Virus record (IMG/VR): IMGVR_UViG_2974626280_000001
Location: 1 to 64,000 of that record
Source: a virus
Lineage: Duplodnaviria; Caudoviricetes
Length of the DNA stretch: 64,000 bases
Reading direction: 5' to 3' (one strand)
The notes under the pieces were generated by a model. That model was not told the DNA's origin. It did not search any database and worked only from the letters and a program-made list of their open reading frames with translations. The position numbers and the translations under genes were made by a program. Numbering within the stretch: position 1 is the stretch's first letter; each line of letters begins with the position of its first letter. Positions 5,701 through 14,001 of this stretch are shown piece by piece.

Positions 5701-7515
5701 TTATCGATAGAGCGGTATGTATGCAACCTTACCATTTCTGTCCAGAATTTGCATGTATTCCGCTGGCGCTGCCGTACTGGATGGCGTACCCGGAGGAGAG
5801 GATAGCTGGAGTACCCCGCCTGCGGCCCCTACGCCAGCGCCGTTGGCGTGCTTGGCAAAGCGATACTCTGGCAGCCTGATAGGGTTTTCGCCAGCCGCTG
5901 CCACAGGCTCGTTGGCAGATTTGGTGCCGTCTTTCAGGAACATGGACGGCGTTCCGGCGTCCTGACGGTTTACGCCGTTGCTGTACACGTTGACGTCGAA
6001 CCGTCCACACCACTGCGGCAGCTTGATCCACAATTTGACGTAGGTGTTGTAAGGTGCCTGATAGCGGATGTCGGTGACTCCTGCCATGCCTTCGTGACTG
6101 GCCGTGACGATAGGTTCATTGCCAGAGCCGCGCTGGATTTTGATCGTTGTCTTGCCCGGTTCGCCGTTGCGCTCGATAGTTGGACTTGCGCCAGCGGAGC
6201 TATAGCCGTTTTTGGCGTGGATATCGACTTCCCATTGCTGGCCTACGGACGGTGAGAAGAATTGACCGATGCAGACCCAGGTGGACGCGCTGGTGTTGTT
6301 ATCACCGTGCAGCGTGCCGCCCTGAAACAGTACGCGGATAGGCTGTTCAAAGCTGGTGGCCTGAGCCGATTCGGTGATGTAACCGTCTTCGTAGTTGCTG
6401 AGCCAGCGCTGCTCTGGCGTACCACGAACGACCGCGCCGCCCGTTTGCAGCTCAATGTTGTGCTTGCCGCGCGTACCCTTCAAGTTGAGAGGGAACTTGC
6501 TGGACTCGATGGACAGTTTGTGGATATCCCAGCCGCCGTTGCTCAGGTCGCCAGGTCCGTTGGAGTGCTCAATCCAGAGGTTACGAATCAGCGACTGCGT
6601 GCAGCGCGGCATGTTCAGACCGTTATCCGACAGCATGTACTGCAGGTTGCCGTTGGTGATTTCGACCGCCGTTGAGTGGTCCCACTTGCCTTGCGGGTCA
6701 TTAGACCAGAGGATGCGAATGAAATCGTCGTAAATACGGTTGCAATAAATCTGGTCGAAGTGAGTGTCCAGAGTATCGAGTAAATCGAAAACGATGCCGC
6801 CGGAGTTGATTGCGCGGAAGCAGCTCACGTTGACGAACTGACCAGCCGTTTCGACGTTGGCGAAGAAAGGTTGCTTGTTACTTGGCGTGGTGAAATTCCA
6901 GCGCATACCGCCATCGGTGATGGTGGAAGTCGCCTGACCATCCCACTCGATGCCCTGAATGGCGAAGCGACGCGCGGAGCACTTGATCACTGGGGTATCT
7001 GACTTATCCGACACAATTCGCGTCTCCGGCATCAGGCCGAAGTCGACGCGCGGCCCGGTGAACTGAAGGTAGTCGATTTCGGCGGTGCCGTAGTCGTAAG
7101 GCGACACGAAACTGACGCCTGAAGGGAACTTAACGCCGATACGACGCGCCATGCGGTGGTTGCCGTCGATGTTCCGACCGTAGTTGAACATGCGTAAAAC
7201 GGCTGGCAGGTCGTCGTTGATGCCGTCCATGTACGCGCCGAAGTGGGTGATGTTGATTTCGTCGCTGAAGCTGGAGCAAATGCGCTCCCAGTGGAACTTG
7301 TCGCCAGCAGCGTGCATACCGCCGTCGTCCGCGCCGCTGGTCAGGTGGCCCAGGAAGTAACCGCCGCCAGCCGGGTTGCCTGCCAACAGGTGATAGCTGG
7401 AGAGGTAAAGGATTTGCCCTTCAAACTCTGGCTTTCGGGTGCGGAGAGATTCGAAAGATGAAGCAGTGATTGCCTTTTGCAAATCGGACGTTTCAAGAAT
7501 CGTTTTGAGTTCCAT
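5701..7515 (-). CDS. Tailspike-fold polysaccharide (EPS/capsule) depolymerase
   Basis: ~604 aa from the ATG with GAGGG RBS. Tailspike N-domain motif LRTRKPEFEGQILYL...GGGYF, DGINDDLPA beta-helix start, and WDHSTAVEITNGNLQ/PRCTQSLIRNLWIEH segments recalled from Erwinia-phage/AmsF-WceF-type enzymes. Confidence 0.7.
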   Translation of the reverse strand: MELKTILETSDLQKAITASSFESLRTRKPEFEGQILYLSSYHLLAGNPAGGGYFLGHLTSGADDGGMHAAGDKFHWERICSSFSDEINITHFGAYMDGINDDLPAVLRMFNYGRNIDGNHRMARRIGVKFPSGVSFVSPYDYGTAEIDYLQFTGPRVDFGLMPETRIVSDKSDTPVIKCSARRFAIQGIEWDGQATSTITDGGMRWNFTTPSNKQPFFANVETAGQFVNVSCFRAINSGGIVFDLLDTLDTHFDQIYCNRIYDDFIRILWSNDPQGKWDHSTAVEITNGNLQYMLSDNGLNMPRCTQSLIRNLWIEHSNGPGDLSNGGWDIHKLSIESSKFPLNLKGTRGKHNIELQTGGAVVRGTPEQRWLSNYEDGYITESAQATSFEQPIRVLFQGGTLHGDNNTSASTWVCIGQFFSPSVGQQWEVDIHAKNGYSSAGASPTIERNGEPGKTTIKIQRGSGNEPIVTASHEGMAGVTDIRYQAPYNTYVKLWIKLPQWCGRFDVNVYSNGVNRQDAGTPSMFLKDGTKSANEPVAAAGENPIRLPEYRFAKHANGAGVGAAGGVLQLSSPPGTPSSTAAPAEYMQILDRNGKVAYIPLYR

Positions 7516-7600
7516 AACTACCCTCTGAAGTGACAAGGCCGGACTATTCCGGCCATAGTATTTTACTAAACTTTACGTTCAAAATCAACAATTTCTGCGG

Positions 7601-7714
7601 CTAACTGTGCAGCGCCGCGATAGCCAGCTTATAAACGCCCCACCAGAACGGTATGCAGATGAAAGCGCAAAACAACACGCCAACCATAATCCAGAGGCTC
7701 TTTCTGAAGTTCAT
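7601..7714 (-). CDS. Small membrane protein (37 aa, absent from ORF track)
   Basis: Manual translation MNFRKSLWIMVGVLFCAFICIPFWWGVYKLAIAALHS; overlaps the upstream stop codon. Confidence 0.55.
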   Translation of the reverse strand: MNFRKSLWIMVGVLFCAFICIPFWWGVYKLAIAALHS

Positions 7715-7914
7715 TGCTCGATGCTCCAGGTTATCACCGACCCGTCGAACTGGCGGAACGGCTTGTTAAGGTCGCAGGCATTAATCCAAAAGCCCTGCGG
7801 TGAGTAAAAGTATTGAGTGAAGCCGTGGTCCGTACGAACTGATACAGGCAATGACATGTCCTGTGAGCTTCCATCCTTCTTCACCGTAGTTCTTTTCAGA
7901 ATAATGCCTTTCAT
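7711..7914 (-). CDS. Hypothetical protein (67 aa)
   Basis: Start MKGIILK chosen to avoid a long overlap with the upstream gene. Confidence 0.65.
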   Translation of the reverse strand: MKGIILKRTTVKKDGSSQDMSLPVSVRTDHGFTQYFYSPQGFWINACDLNKPFRQFDGSVITWSIEQ

Positions 7915-7924
7915 ACGTACCGCC

Positions 7925-8446
7925 TTACTTGAGGGTGAGCTTCGACATCGCACGGCTGAAAAGGTCGCTTTCCAGCTGGTTGACGACCTGAGCCAGCTTA
8001 TCTTCAGCAGCCAGCTTGACCAGCGTGCCAACGAATTGCGAGTTGTCTGCTTTCGGCGCAACGGGCGTCGCCTTCAGAACGTTACCGACCACTTCGACTT
8101 CGGTTGGAGTGTGCCAGTGGTGGTGAACGACAGACTCGGATTTGTTTTCCGCCGCGATGATGGCGCAGAGCTGATCAATGGCTTCGCTGTAATCAGTGCA
8201 CTTCGCCACGTCAACGCCTTTATCGGCCAACTTTTTGTACAGCTCTGAAAGAATGGCGTTGCTCTGTTTCAGATTGCCTGCCAGGTGGTCAACGCTGTCC
8301 ATCAGACCGACGACGTGGCGCGAAAGTCCTACAACGATAGCATTGGATGCGTCTTTGACTGAAAGAGGCTGCTCAACAGCAAAAACTTCTTTGACAACGC
8401 CTTCAATAAGCTCAACCGCTTCTTGACCGTTAGTTTTCTGGCTCAT
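7925..8446 (-). CDS. Hypothetical coiled-coil protein
   Basis: 173 aa in an operon-like arrangement. Confidence 0.75.
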   Translation of the reverse strand: MSQKTNGQEAVELIEGVVKEVFAVEQPLSVKDASNAIVVGLSRHVVGLMDSVDHLAGNLKQSNAILSELYKKLADKGVDVAKCTDYSEAIDQLCAIIAAENKSESVVHHHWHTPTEVEVVGNVLKATPVAPKADNSQFVGTLVKLAAEDKLAQVVNQLESDLFSRAMSKLTLK

Positions 8447-8670
8447 TTTGATTTACCTATGGATGATAGTAGTTTAAGTATCCAGACTATTGCTGGAATA
8501 ATAGGGCATGCTATTATGATGAACATCCAGGCGAAAGCAAGGACGATGAACAAACCGCTTCTGCCTGCCAGGGCATCCTGCATGTTATAGATTAGGATGA
8601 ATGTCAATGCTGCTGCGATAAGCAGTTCATTCTCTTCGATTACATTGGCCACCTTCCTTAAAACATTCAT
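8443..8670 (-). CDS. Small membrane protein
   Basis: 75 aa, 2 TM; upstream promoter TTGCCT-N17-AATAAT. Confidence 0.7.
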   Translation of the reverse strand: MNVLRKVANVIEENELLIAAALTFILIYNMQDALAGRSGLFIVLAFAWMFIIIACPIIPAIVWILKLLSSIGKSK

Positions 8671-8774
8671 AATTTAACCTCTCATATTCAGAGATTTGAT
8701 TATTACTCAGTTTGGAAGATAAGGCAAGCAGAAAGTGAAAATAAATTAGGCGGCCATGATAGCCGCCAGAGGTG

Positions 8775-9032
8775 TTAAACGTCGATTGTCATAACAGTCA
8801 GCGTACCGCTACCACGCGCCCACACTTCTGCCTTCTCGGAGAAGGTTGGGAGCTGGTTTTGCGCGGTCAGCGTGATAGCTGGCGTTTCACGGTCTTCGGA
8901 CGGCGCTGACTGGCCTGCGTAGAACGATACGGAGCCGATGGAAGTTTGCAGCTGGGTCGTTACGATGCCTGCCTTGTTGGCAATTTTGACCCACTTTTTA
9001 CGGTCCAATTCAACATTAATTGTGCTTGACAT
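8775..9032 (-). CDS. Small beta-rich protein, possible virion accessory
   Basis: 85 aa, directly downstream of the fibre-like gene. Confidence 0.65.
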   Translation of the reverse strand: MSSTINVELDRKKWVKIANKAGIVTTQLQTSIGSVSFYAGQSAPSEDRETPAITLTAQNQLPTFSEKAEVWARGSGTLTVMTIDV

Positions 9033-9034
9033 GA

Positions 9035-9940
9035 TTACCTCGTGTACTCGATGGTTGTGATGTATTTAACGCCCCAGTCAGCATCAGCCAGAGGCACCGT
9101 GACGGAGTTGGAAGAGCCGAAAGAAGCTGTTTTGCTGCTTCCATCGCTGAAGTTGAATTTAACGCCAGTAGCGTCCGCTACTTTCGTAACGGTTGCTGAA
9201 GAAGCAGCGCGAACCTTAGTCAGTGACGCATCTTCGATGATGAACGGAGATGTTGCGAGCTTGCCCGGTTCGATTTGCAGCATACCCAGCTTCAGGCGGT
9301 TGTTTATCGTCTGATAGAACCAGCTCGACGTCCAATCGCCTGCCGCTAACCAGCCGCTGGGATAGGAGCTGTTTTGCGTCAGGTAGAGGTAGAAATTGGC
9401 TTCGTTAGGGTTGGATAAACGGTGGCGAATACGGCTAAGGTTCTGAGAAGTATATTTAGCAACCTTTCGCTGCCATGCAGGGTTCGCGTCATAAGCGGTG
9501 TAAGGTGCCATGACAATGCCGTTAACGTCCTGAGAGATTAAATAGTTCGCGCCGTCCGTATTTACGGTGCCGATAGCGCCACCGTCTGGCCCACCTGTGG
9601 CGTCTGCGGCGAAGCCTGCACCAGTGCCCACGACGACGTAAGCGCTGGCAACGTTGCCGCGCCCGCTGGGCTGGTAGTTGGTTGACGCTGGCTCAGGCTG
9701 GTGACGACCGACCGCGACGCCGTTGCGATACTCTACGGGCCATTGGTTGGTCGCGCTTGTCTTCAACTTACCATCGCTGCCCCAATACATGTGAGCAGGA
9801 CCGTTATAAGTGACGCGCGAATCAAGTACTGACGCTGTCATATCGATTGGAGGGATTGGTGCAGGACCGGTGCGTATTTTGCCGAACCACAAAGGCTGGT
9901 TGATGCCGAACAAAGGTTTATTTCCCGGATGGATGATCAT
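9035..9940 (-). CDS. Putative head-spike/fibre-like protein
   Basis: 301 aa; HMYWGSDGKLKT...EPASTNY and LGMLQIEPGKLATS segments resemble phage spike/fibre beta-sandwich domains. Confidence 0.55.
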   Translation of the reverse strand: MIIHPGNKPLFGINQPLWFGKIRTGPAPIPPIDMTASVLDSRVTYNGPAHMYWGSDGKLKTSATNQWPVEYRNGVAVGRHQPEPASTNYQPSGRGNVASAYVVVGTGAGFAADATGGPDGGAIGTVNTDGANYLISQDVNGIVMAPYTAYDANPAWQRKVAKYTSQNLSRIRHRLSNPNEANFYLYLTQNSSYPSGWLAAGDWTSSWFYQTINNRLKLGMLQIEPGKLATSPFIIEDASLTKVRAASSATVTKVADATGVKFNFSDGSSKTASFGSSNSVTVPLADADWGVKYITTIEYTR

Positions 9941-9951
9941 ACAGACCTCTC

Positions 9952-9987
9952 AAAAAAATGGTGGAGCAGTCGCTAAACTGTCCACCA
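9952..9987 (-). terminator. Leader terminator immediately upstream of the 9940 RBS
   Basis: Minus strand reads TGGTGGACAGT-TTAGCG-ACTGCTCCACCA-TTTTTTT-GAGAGG. Confidence 0.65.
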
Positions 9988-10033
9988 AACCGCTGGCTGC
10001 CGATAACTGGTTGTGTTTTGAATCTTATCAATA

Positions 10034-10070
10034 ATTTTACTTGAAAAGAGTGATTTAATCAATATATAAT
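10034..10070. promoter_or_regulatory. Overlapping divergent sigma70-like promoters
   Basis: Minus strand: TTGATT-N17-TAAAAT (10062-10034). Plus strand: TTGAAA-N18-TATAAT (10041-10070). Confidence 0.65.
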
Positions 10071-10100
10071 GTGGTAAAATTTCGTAAACGGACCTCATTA

Positions 10101-11501
10101 ATGTATCAACTGAATCCTGCGCTAAGAGATGTTTGGAACACTAAAGCACGCTACAAGGTTGTGTATGGTGGCCGTGCATCTTCCAAGTCGCATGATGCAG
10201 CAGGTTTCGCCGTATTCCTTGCAGCCAACTTCCGGCTGAAGTTCCTTTGCGTACGTCAATTCCAGAATAAAATTTCGGAATCGGTTTACACGCTCCTCAA
10301 AGACAAGATTGAAAACTCTGAGTTCAAGGACGAGTTCAACTTGTTAAAGAACAGTATTGAGCACAAAGTTACCAAATCTGAATTCCTTTTCTACGGTATC
10401 GCACGCAACGTTGACGAAATCAAGTCAACGGAAGGTGTCGACGTTCTCTGGCTCGAAGAAGCGCACGCACTTACTGAAGAGCAGTGGGACATCATTGAAC
10501 CAACAATCCGTAAAGAAGGCAGTGAGATTTGGATAATCTTTAACCCGGATGAAGAAGCTGATTTTGTGTATCAGAATTTCATCGTGCGCCCTAAAAAGAA
10601 TTCTATCGTCAGAAAGATTAATTGGCAAGAGAATCCTTTCTTATCGCAAACGATGATTGACGTTATCAAGGACATGTACGACCGCGACCCGAAAAAGGCA
10701 GAGCACGTGTATGGCGGAGAGCCGAAGACTGGCGGCGACAAGTCTGTTATCAACCGCGCATTCGTCAAGGCCGCGCTCAACTTGCACAAGCACCCAACCA
10801 AAGGTTGGGAAGCAACCGGAATGCGCCGAATCGGCTATGACGTAGCGGACGACGGCGGAGACGTCAACGCAATGGCGAAAGGCGTTGGGAACGTGCTGCA
10901 AGTCATCGAGACTTGGGAAGGGCTTGAGGATGAGATGCTCAAGTCAGCCGCGCGTGTCTACAAGTCAGCAAAAGAGCTGAATGCTACAGTGACATATGAC
11001 TCCGTCGGTATCGGCGCGGCCATCGGCTCGAAGTTTTCTGAGTTCAACGAAGACAACCCAGGCGGGTGGCAGATTGAATACGACGCATTCAACGCTGGTG
11101 GGCGCGTTCACAATCCTGATGACGTTTACCTTGAGCTGCCGCACGTTAAGATTCTTAACAAAGACCACTTTTCTAACGTTAAGGCTCAAAAGTGGGTAGA
11201 GGTTGCAGAGCGCATGCGCGCATCTTTCGAATACCTCAACGACCCTAACGCCAACCCGGATAACACCGACGTGTCTGAGCTTTGCTCAATCGATACTGAA
11301 GGATGGACTGAAGAAGAGATTGAGCAATTTCTCTTTGAGATTTCTGCGCCGAGAAAAGATATCGACCGAACCGGGAAATTCAAGGTGGAATCCAAGCCTG
11401 ATATGTTAAAGCGCGGCATCAAATCCCCAAACAAGGCTGATGCCGCTATCATGTTTTGGATGAAGCCTATGCGCGCAGCAGCAGGATTCTTCGACTTTTA
11501 A
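10101..11501 (+). CDS. terL: Terminase large subunit (PBSX-like)
   Basis: Walker A GGRASSKSH, Walker B LEEAH, nuclease motifs GYDVADDGGD and NKADA. Start taken as MYQLNP. Confidence 0.92.
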   Translation: MYQLNPALRDVWNTKARYKVVYGGRASSKSHDAAGFAVFLAANFRLKFLCVRQFQNKISESVYTLLKDKIENSEFKDEFNLLKNSIEHKVTKSEFLFYGIARNVDEIKSTEGVDVLWLEEAHALTEEQWDIIEPTIRKEGSEIWIIFNPDEEADFVYQNFIVRPKKNSIVRKINWQENPFLSQTMIDVIKDMYDRDPKKAEHVYGGEPKTGGDKSVINRAFVKAALNLHKHPTKGWEATGMRRIGYDVADDGGDVNAMAKGVGNVLQVIETWEGLEDEMLKSAARVYKSAKELNATVTYDSVGIGAAIGSKFSEFNEDNPGGWQIEYDAFNAGGRVHNPDDVYLELPHVKILNKDHFSNVKAQKWVEVAERMRASFEYLNDPNANPDNTDVSELCSIDTEGWTEEEIEQFLFEISAPRKDIDRTGKFKVESKPDMLKRGIKSPNKADAAIMFWMKPMRAAAGFFDF

Positions 11502-12247
11502 TCGTCGGAAATCTTGCGCTGGATTTCAACGTCTTTCGCGCGCCTTTTGCCTTCAGTAAACGCAATTATGCTTTCCGGGTCTTCTGCTGAGAATTTTGGC
11601 TGCTTCGCTTTTGAGTAATTAGCTTCACCAAAATACTCTGCGACCGCCGCGCCTTTCACGACAACCAATGACGTTCCAGTAGAAGTCGTAAGCTTCTGGC
11701 GCTCTACGCGCAAATCGTTGAGCCTTTTACACAGCGTCTCACACGCTCCCAGCTTAAACTTGGAGCCTAACCCTACCGGATAGCGACCCTCGTGCCCTAT
11801 CTCAACGAGCCATTCAGCGCACAGCTTGTTTACCAGGACGAGCAAGCTTTCATACATTTCAACTGCCATGTCAACGTCGTGCTTGAATCCGCGAAAAACG
11901 ATGCGATTACCCCAAACTTTCTTGTAAGCCTTGAAGTGCTTTTCCGCGCCTTCAAGAACCGCTTGGCAGTCATTAAATTCGGCTACCGCGACGGACAAAA
12001 TGTTCATGTGATGCGGTATGTTGGCGAATGTGCGCGTCGCAGGCTGCTTGGAGAATTCACGGTCTTCTCCGTTAACGTTGAGGATGTCAACCTTTGTCAG
12101 TTGATACTCATCCATCAGCTTACGCGCTTTCGCCATCGCGTTGGCGGCTTCGTGCTCATTGGCACTGCCTTCAGCCAGACGGAACAACTTTTCAATTTTC
12201 AACTTGATGCGGTCAACGCCGCTGGATTTAGCGTATTCATTGCTCAT
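11498..12247 (-). CDS. DUF2786-family protein
   Basis: KIEKLFRLAEGSANEHEAANAMAKARKLMDEY N-terminal motif. Confidence 0.75.
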   Translation of the reverse strand: MSNEYAKSSGVDRIKLKIEKLFRLAEGSANEHEAANAMAKARKLMDEYQLTKVDILNVNGEDREFSKQPATRTFANIPHHMNILSVAVAEFNDCQAVLEGAEKHFKAYKKVWGNRIVFRGFKHDVDMAVEMYESLLVLVNKLCAEWLVEIGHEGRYPVGLGSKFKLGACETLCKRLNDLRVERQKLTTSTGTSLVVVKGAAVAEYFGEANYSKAKQPKFSAEDPESIIAFTEGKRRAKDVEIQRKISDD

Positions 12248-12549
12248 TTGCCGAACCCCGATGCGATTGCAGTGCTTAACATGAGACGGATTGTTTCAAC
12301 CAGCTTGTGAGCGGAAACTTCAACCGTGCTGCGCCCTTCAGACTCAGGAGAAACGTTATAGTGGCAGTCTACTGATACACGGTTGCCTTCTGCAGGGTGG
12401 ACGATGATCAGAACGAAGTTTCCAGGCTTCTGATCATGGAAGTAAAAGCGGTTGAAACCGTGCTCACAAAGTACGGATACCATAATAGTATCTGGTACGT
12501 GATCAGCTTCGAAAAAGTAGCATTTCTTGACGGACATATACTGTGACAT
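12244..12549 (-). CDS. Hypothetical protein
   Basis: ATG at 12549 with GAGG RBS and an upstream promoter. Confidence 0.7.
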   Translation of the reverse strand: MSQYMSVKKCYFFEADHVPDTIMVSVLCEHGFNRFYFHDQKPGNFVLIIVHPAEGNRVSVDCHYNVSPESEGRSTVEVSAHKLVETIRLMLSTAIASGFGK

Positions 12550-12580
12550 TTTCAATTCCTCGTTTTGTTTCGATGAAATG

Positions 12581-12609
12581 ATTATCGCTCACTTTTAATC
12601 AAAAAGCAA
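12581..12609 (-). promoter_or_regulatory. Promoter of TGAGC-GATAATCA class
   Basis: TTGCTT-N17-GATAAT; shares TGAGCGATAATCA with the promoters at 53563 and 54013. Confidence 0.7.
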
Positions 12610-12633
12610 GCGATAAAATGATATTTTGCATAA

Positions 12634-12870
12634 TTAAATTGCTGCGTTAGGGACTCTGGTATCGTAACGCTGCGCCTTAACGCGCCACTGACAGGCTTTG
12701 CGGGCTGTCTTTTTGTTCTGTTTCTGTCGACACTGGGCCGTAGAATCCAGGTAATCGATGCCCGCAAGGATTTTTAACTTCAGCGAATCAATGTCGTCTT
12801 TTTCGGTAACTTCAACGTCCAGCACGGCGGCGACGTCTAACAGGGCATTCAGAGCTTTGTTCATGGTCAA
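12634..12870 (-). CDS. Hypothetical protein
   Basis: 78 aa, follows the protease gene in the same orientation. Confidence 0.6.
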   Translation of the reverse strand: MTMNKALNALLDVAAVLDVEVTEKDDIDSLKLKILAGIDYLDSTAQCRQKQNKKTARKACQWRVKAQRYDTRVPNAAI

Positions 12871-12874
12871 ATCC

Positions 12875-13420
12875 TCACATAATCGATTTAAGAACCTGAT
12901 ATGGCACGAAGTAGCTCAAACCCTGCTCCGGGTTCAAGCCGTAAAAGATACCGACTAACTCGCCGCGCTCGTTCATGACGGGTCCACCGCTCATTCCCTG
13001 CACGCTTCCGGCGTCGGTGTATCCAACATAGCACTTTCCAACCTTCCTGAATCCTAAGATGGTGCCCTTAGAAGATACTGGAAGGTTGCTGCGTGAGCTA
13101 AAGCCGTAGATTGAAACCTTGTCGCCAGTCTGGGCATTGGCGAACTCTGGCAGCACGCGACCGTTGTTGCGTTCACGAATCAGCGCGACGTCGCAATGCT
13201 TGTGCTTGGCGATTACCTTTTTGAAAGGCAAGTCAGCGACGTGCGCGGCAGTCAAGCTGGTTGAATTGGTGACTGGCGTAGTCGTGCCAACGATAGACGC
13301 AACGTAAGGCACGCCGACAACGGTCAAACGTGAATGGGTCATCGCGTTACGGTCGAATTCGTAGTGGCCTGTTGAGCAACCAGCAAGAGCAAGTGAGAGT
13401 AACGCGATGGCCTTTTTCAT
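12875..13420 (-). CDS. Trypsin-like serine protease lipoprotein
   Basis: Lipobox MKKAIALLSLALAG-C; catalytic triad TAAHV, CDVAL, GMSGGP. Confidence 0.85.
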   Translation of the reverse strand: MKKAIALLSLALAGCSTGHYEFDRNAMTHSRLTVVGVPYVASIVGTTTPVTNSTSLTAAHVADLPFKKVIAKHKHCDVALIRERNNGRVLPEFANAQTGDKVSIYGFSSRSNLPVSSKGTILGFRKVGKCYVGYTDAGSVQGMSGGPVMNERGELVGIFYGLNPEQGLSYFVPYQVLKSIM

Positions 13421-13848
13421 TTTGCAACTCCTGTGATTTCGTCGTGATACATGGCTACGGTAGCCCATTTGTCAGATACCCAGCCGGTGTCGGTGTGAGT
13501 TAATGAGCCAGCCTCGCAAACGATGCTGTAAATTGGGTTGCCGTTGTTTGGATTAACGTGCTCAACTTCTCCATAGCCACGTGAGAGGCGGTCACTGAAT
13601 GCAAGCATGTCGCCAACCTTGTACGCGTCTTGCTTAACCAGGCGCTTGCCCATCACCGCTTCAACAATGTTTTGCGCAGCGTCGGAGTAGTCCAGGACCC
13701 ACGGCTCAACGGTGCAGGAGACCCAAAGTTCAGCGTTGGCGTTGCGAACCGCATTGGCGGTGTTTTCATCAACGAAGGTGCCTAAAATCTGGAAAACGCT
13801 ATGACCTCTGGCGACAACTACGAATACGATTGAAACTTGCTCTTTCAT
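13417..13848 (-). CDS. Hypothetical protein
   Basis: 143 aa; GAGG RBS and upstream promoter TTGCTT-N17-TATATT. Confidence 0.7.
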   Translation of the reverse strand: MKEQVSIVFVVVARGHSVFQILGTFVDENTANAVRNANAELWVSCTVEPWVLDYSDAAQNIVEAVMGKRLVKQDAYKVGDMLAFSDRLSRGYGEVEHVNPNNGNPIYSIVCEAGSLTHTDTGWVSDKWATVAMYHDEITGVAK

Positions 13849-13946
13849 CTCACTTTCCTCTCTTGTTTGCGTTAAAATAAATATACGTCAGAAATGGAAA
13901 GAAAGCAAATATATTTCACAACTATTTTGCTGATTACACATATTGA

Positions 13947-13976
13947 TTGATTTTAAACACTTTCGGCACTTATAAT
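13947..13976 (+). promoter_or_regulatory. Promoter for portal operon
   Basis: TTGATT-N18-TATAAT. Confidence 0.6.
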
Positions 13977-14001
13977 AGAGGATGACTGTGAATCCACTCG
14001 A

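Noticed and set aside
12911-12940. tRNA-like words GTAGCTCA and GGTTCAA
   Set aside because: The two words are only ~12 nt apart, leaving no room for anticodon and variable arms, and they lie antisense within the protease CDS.
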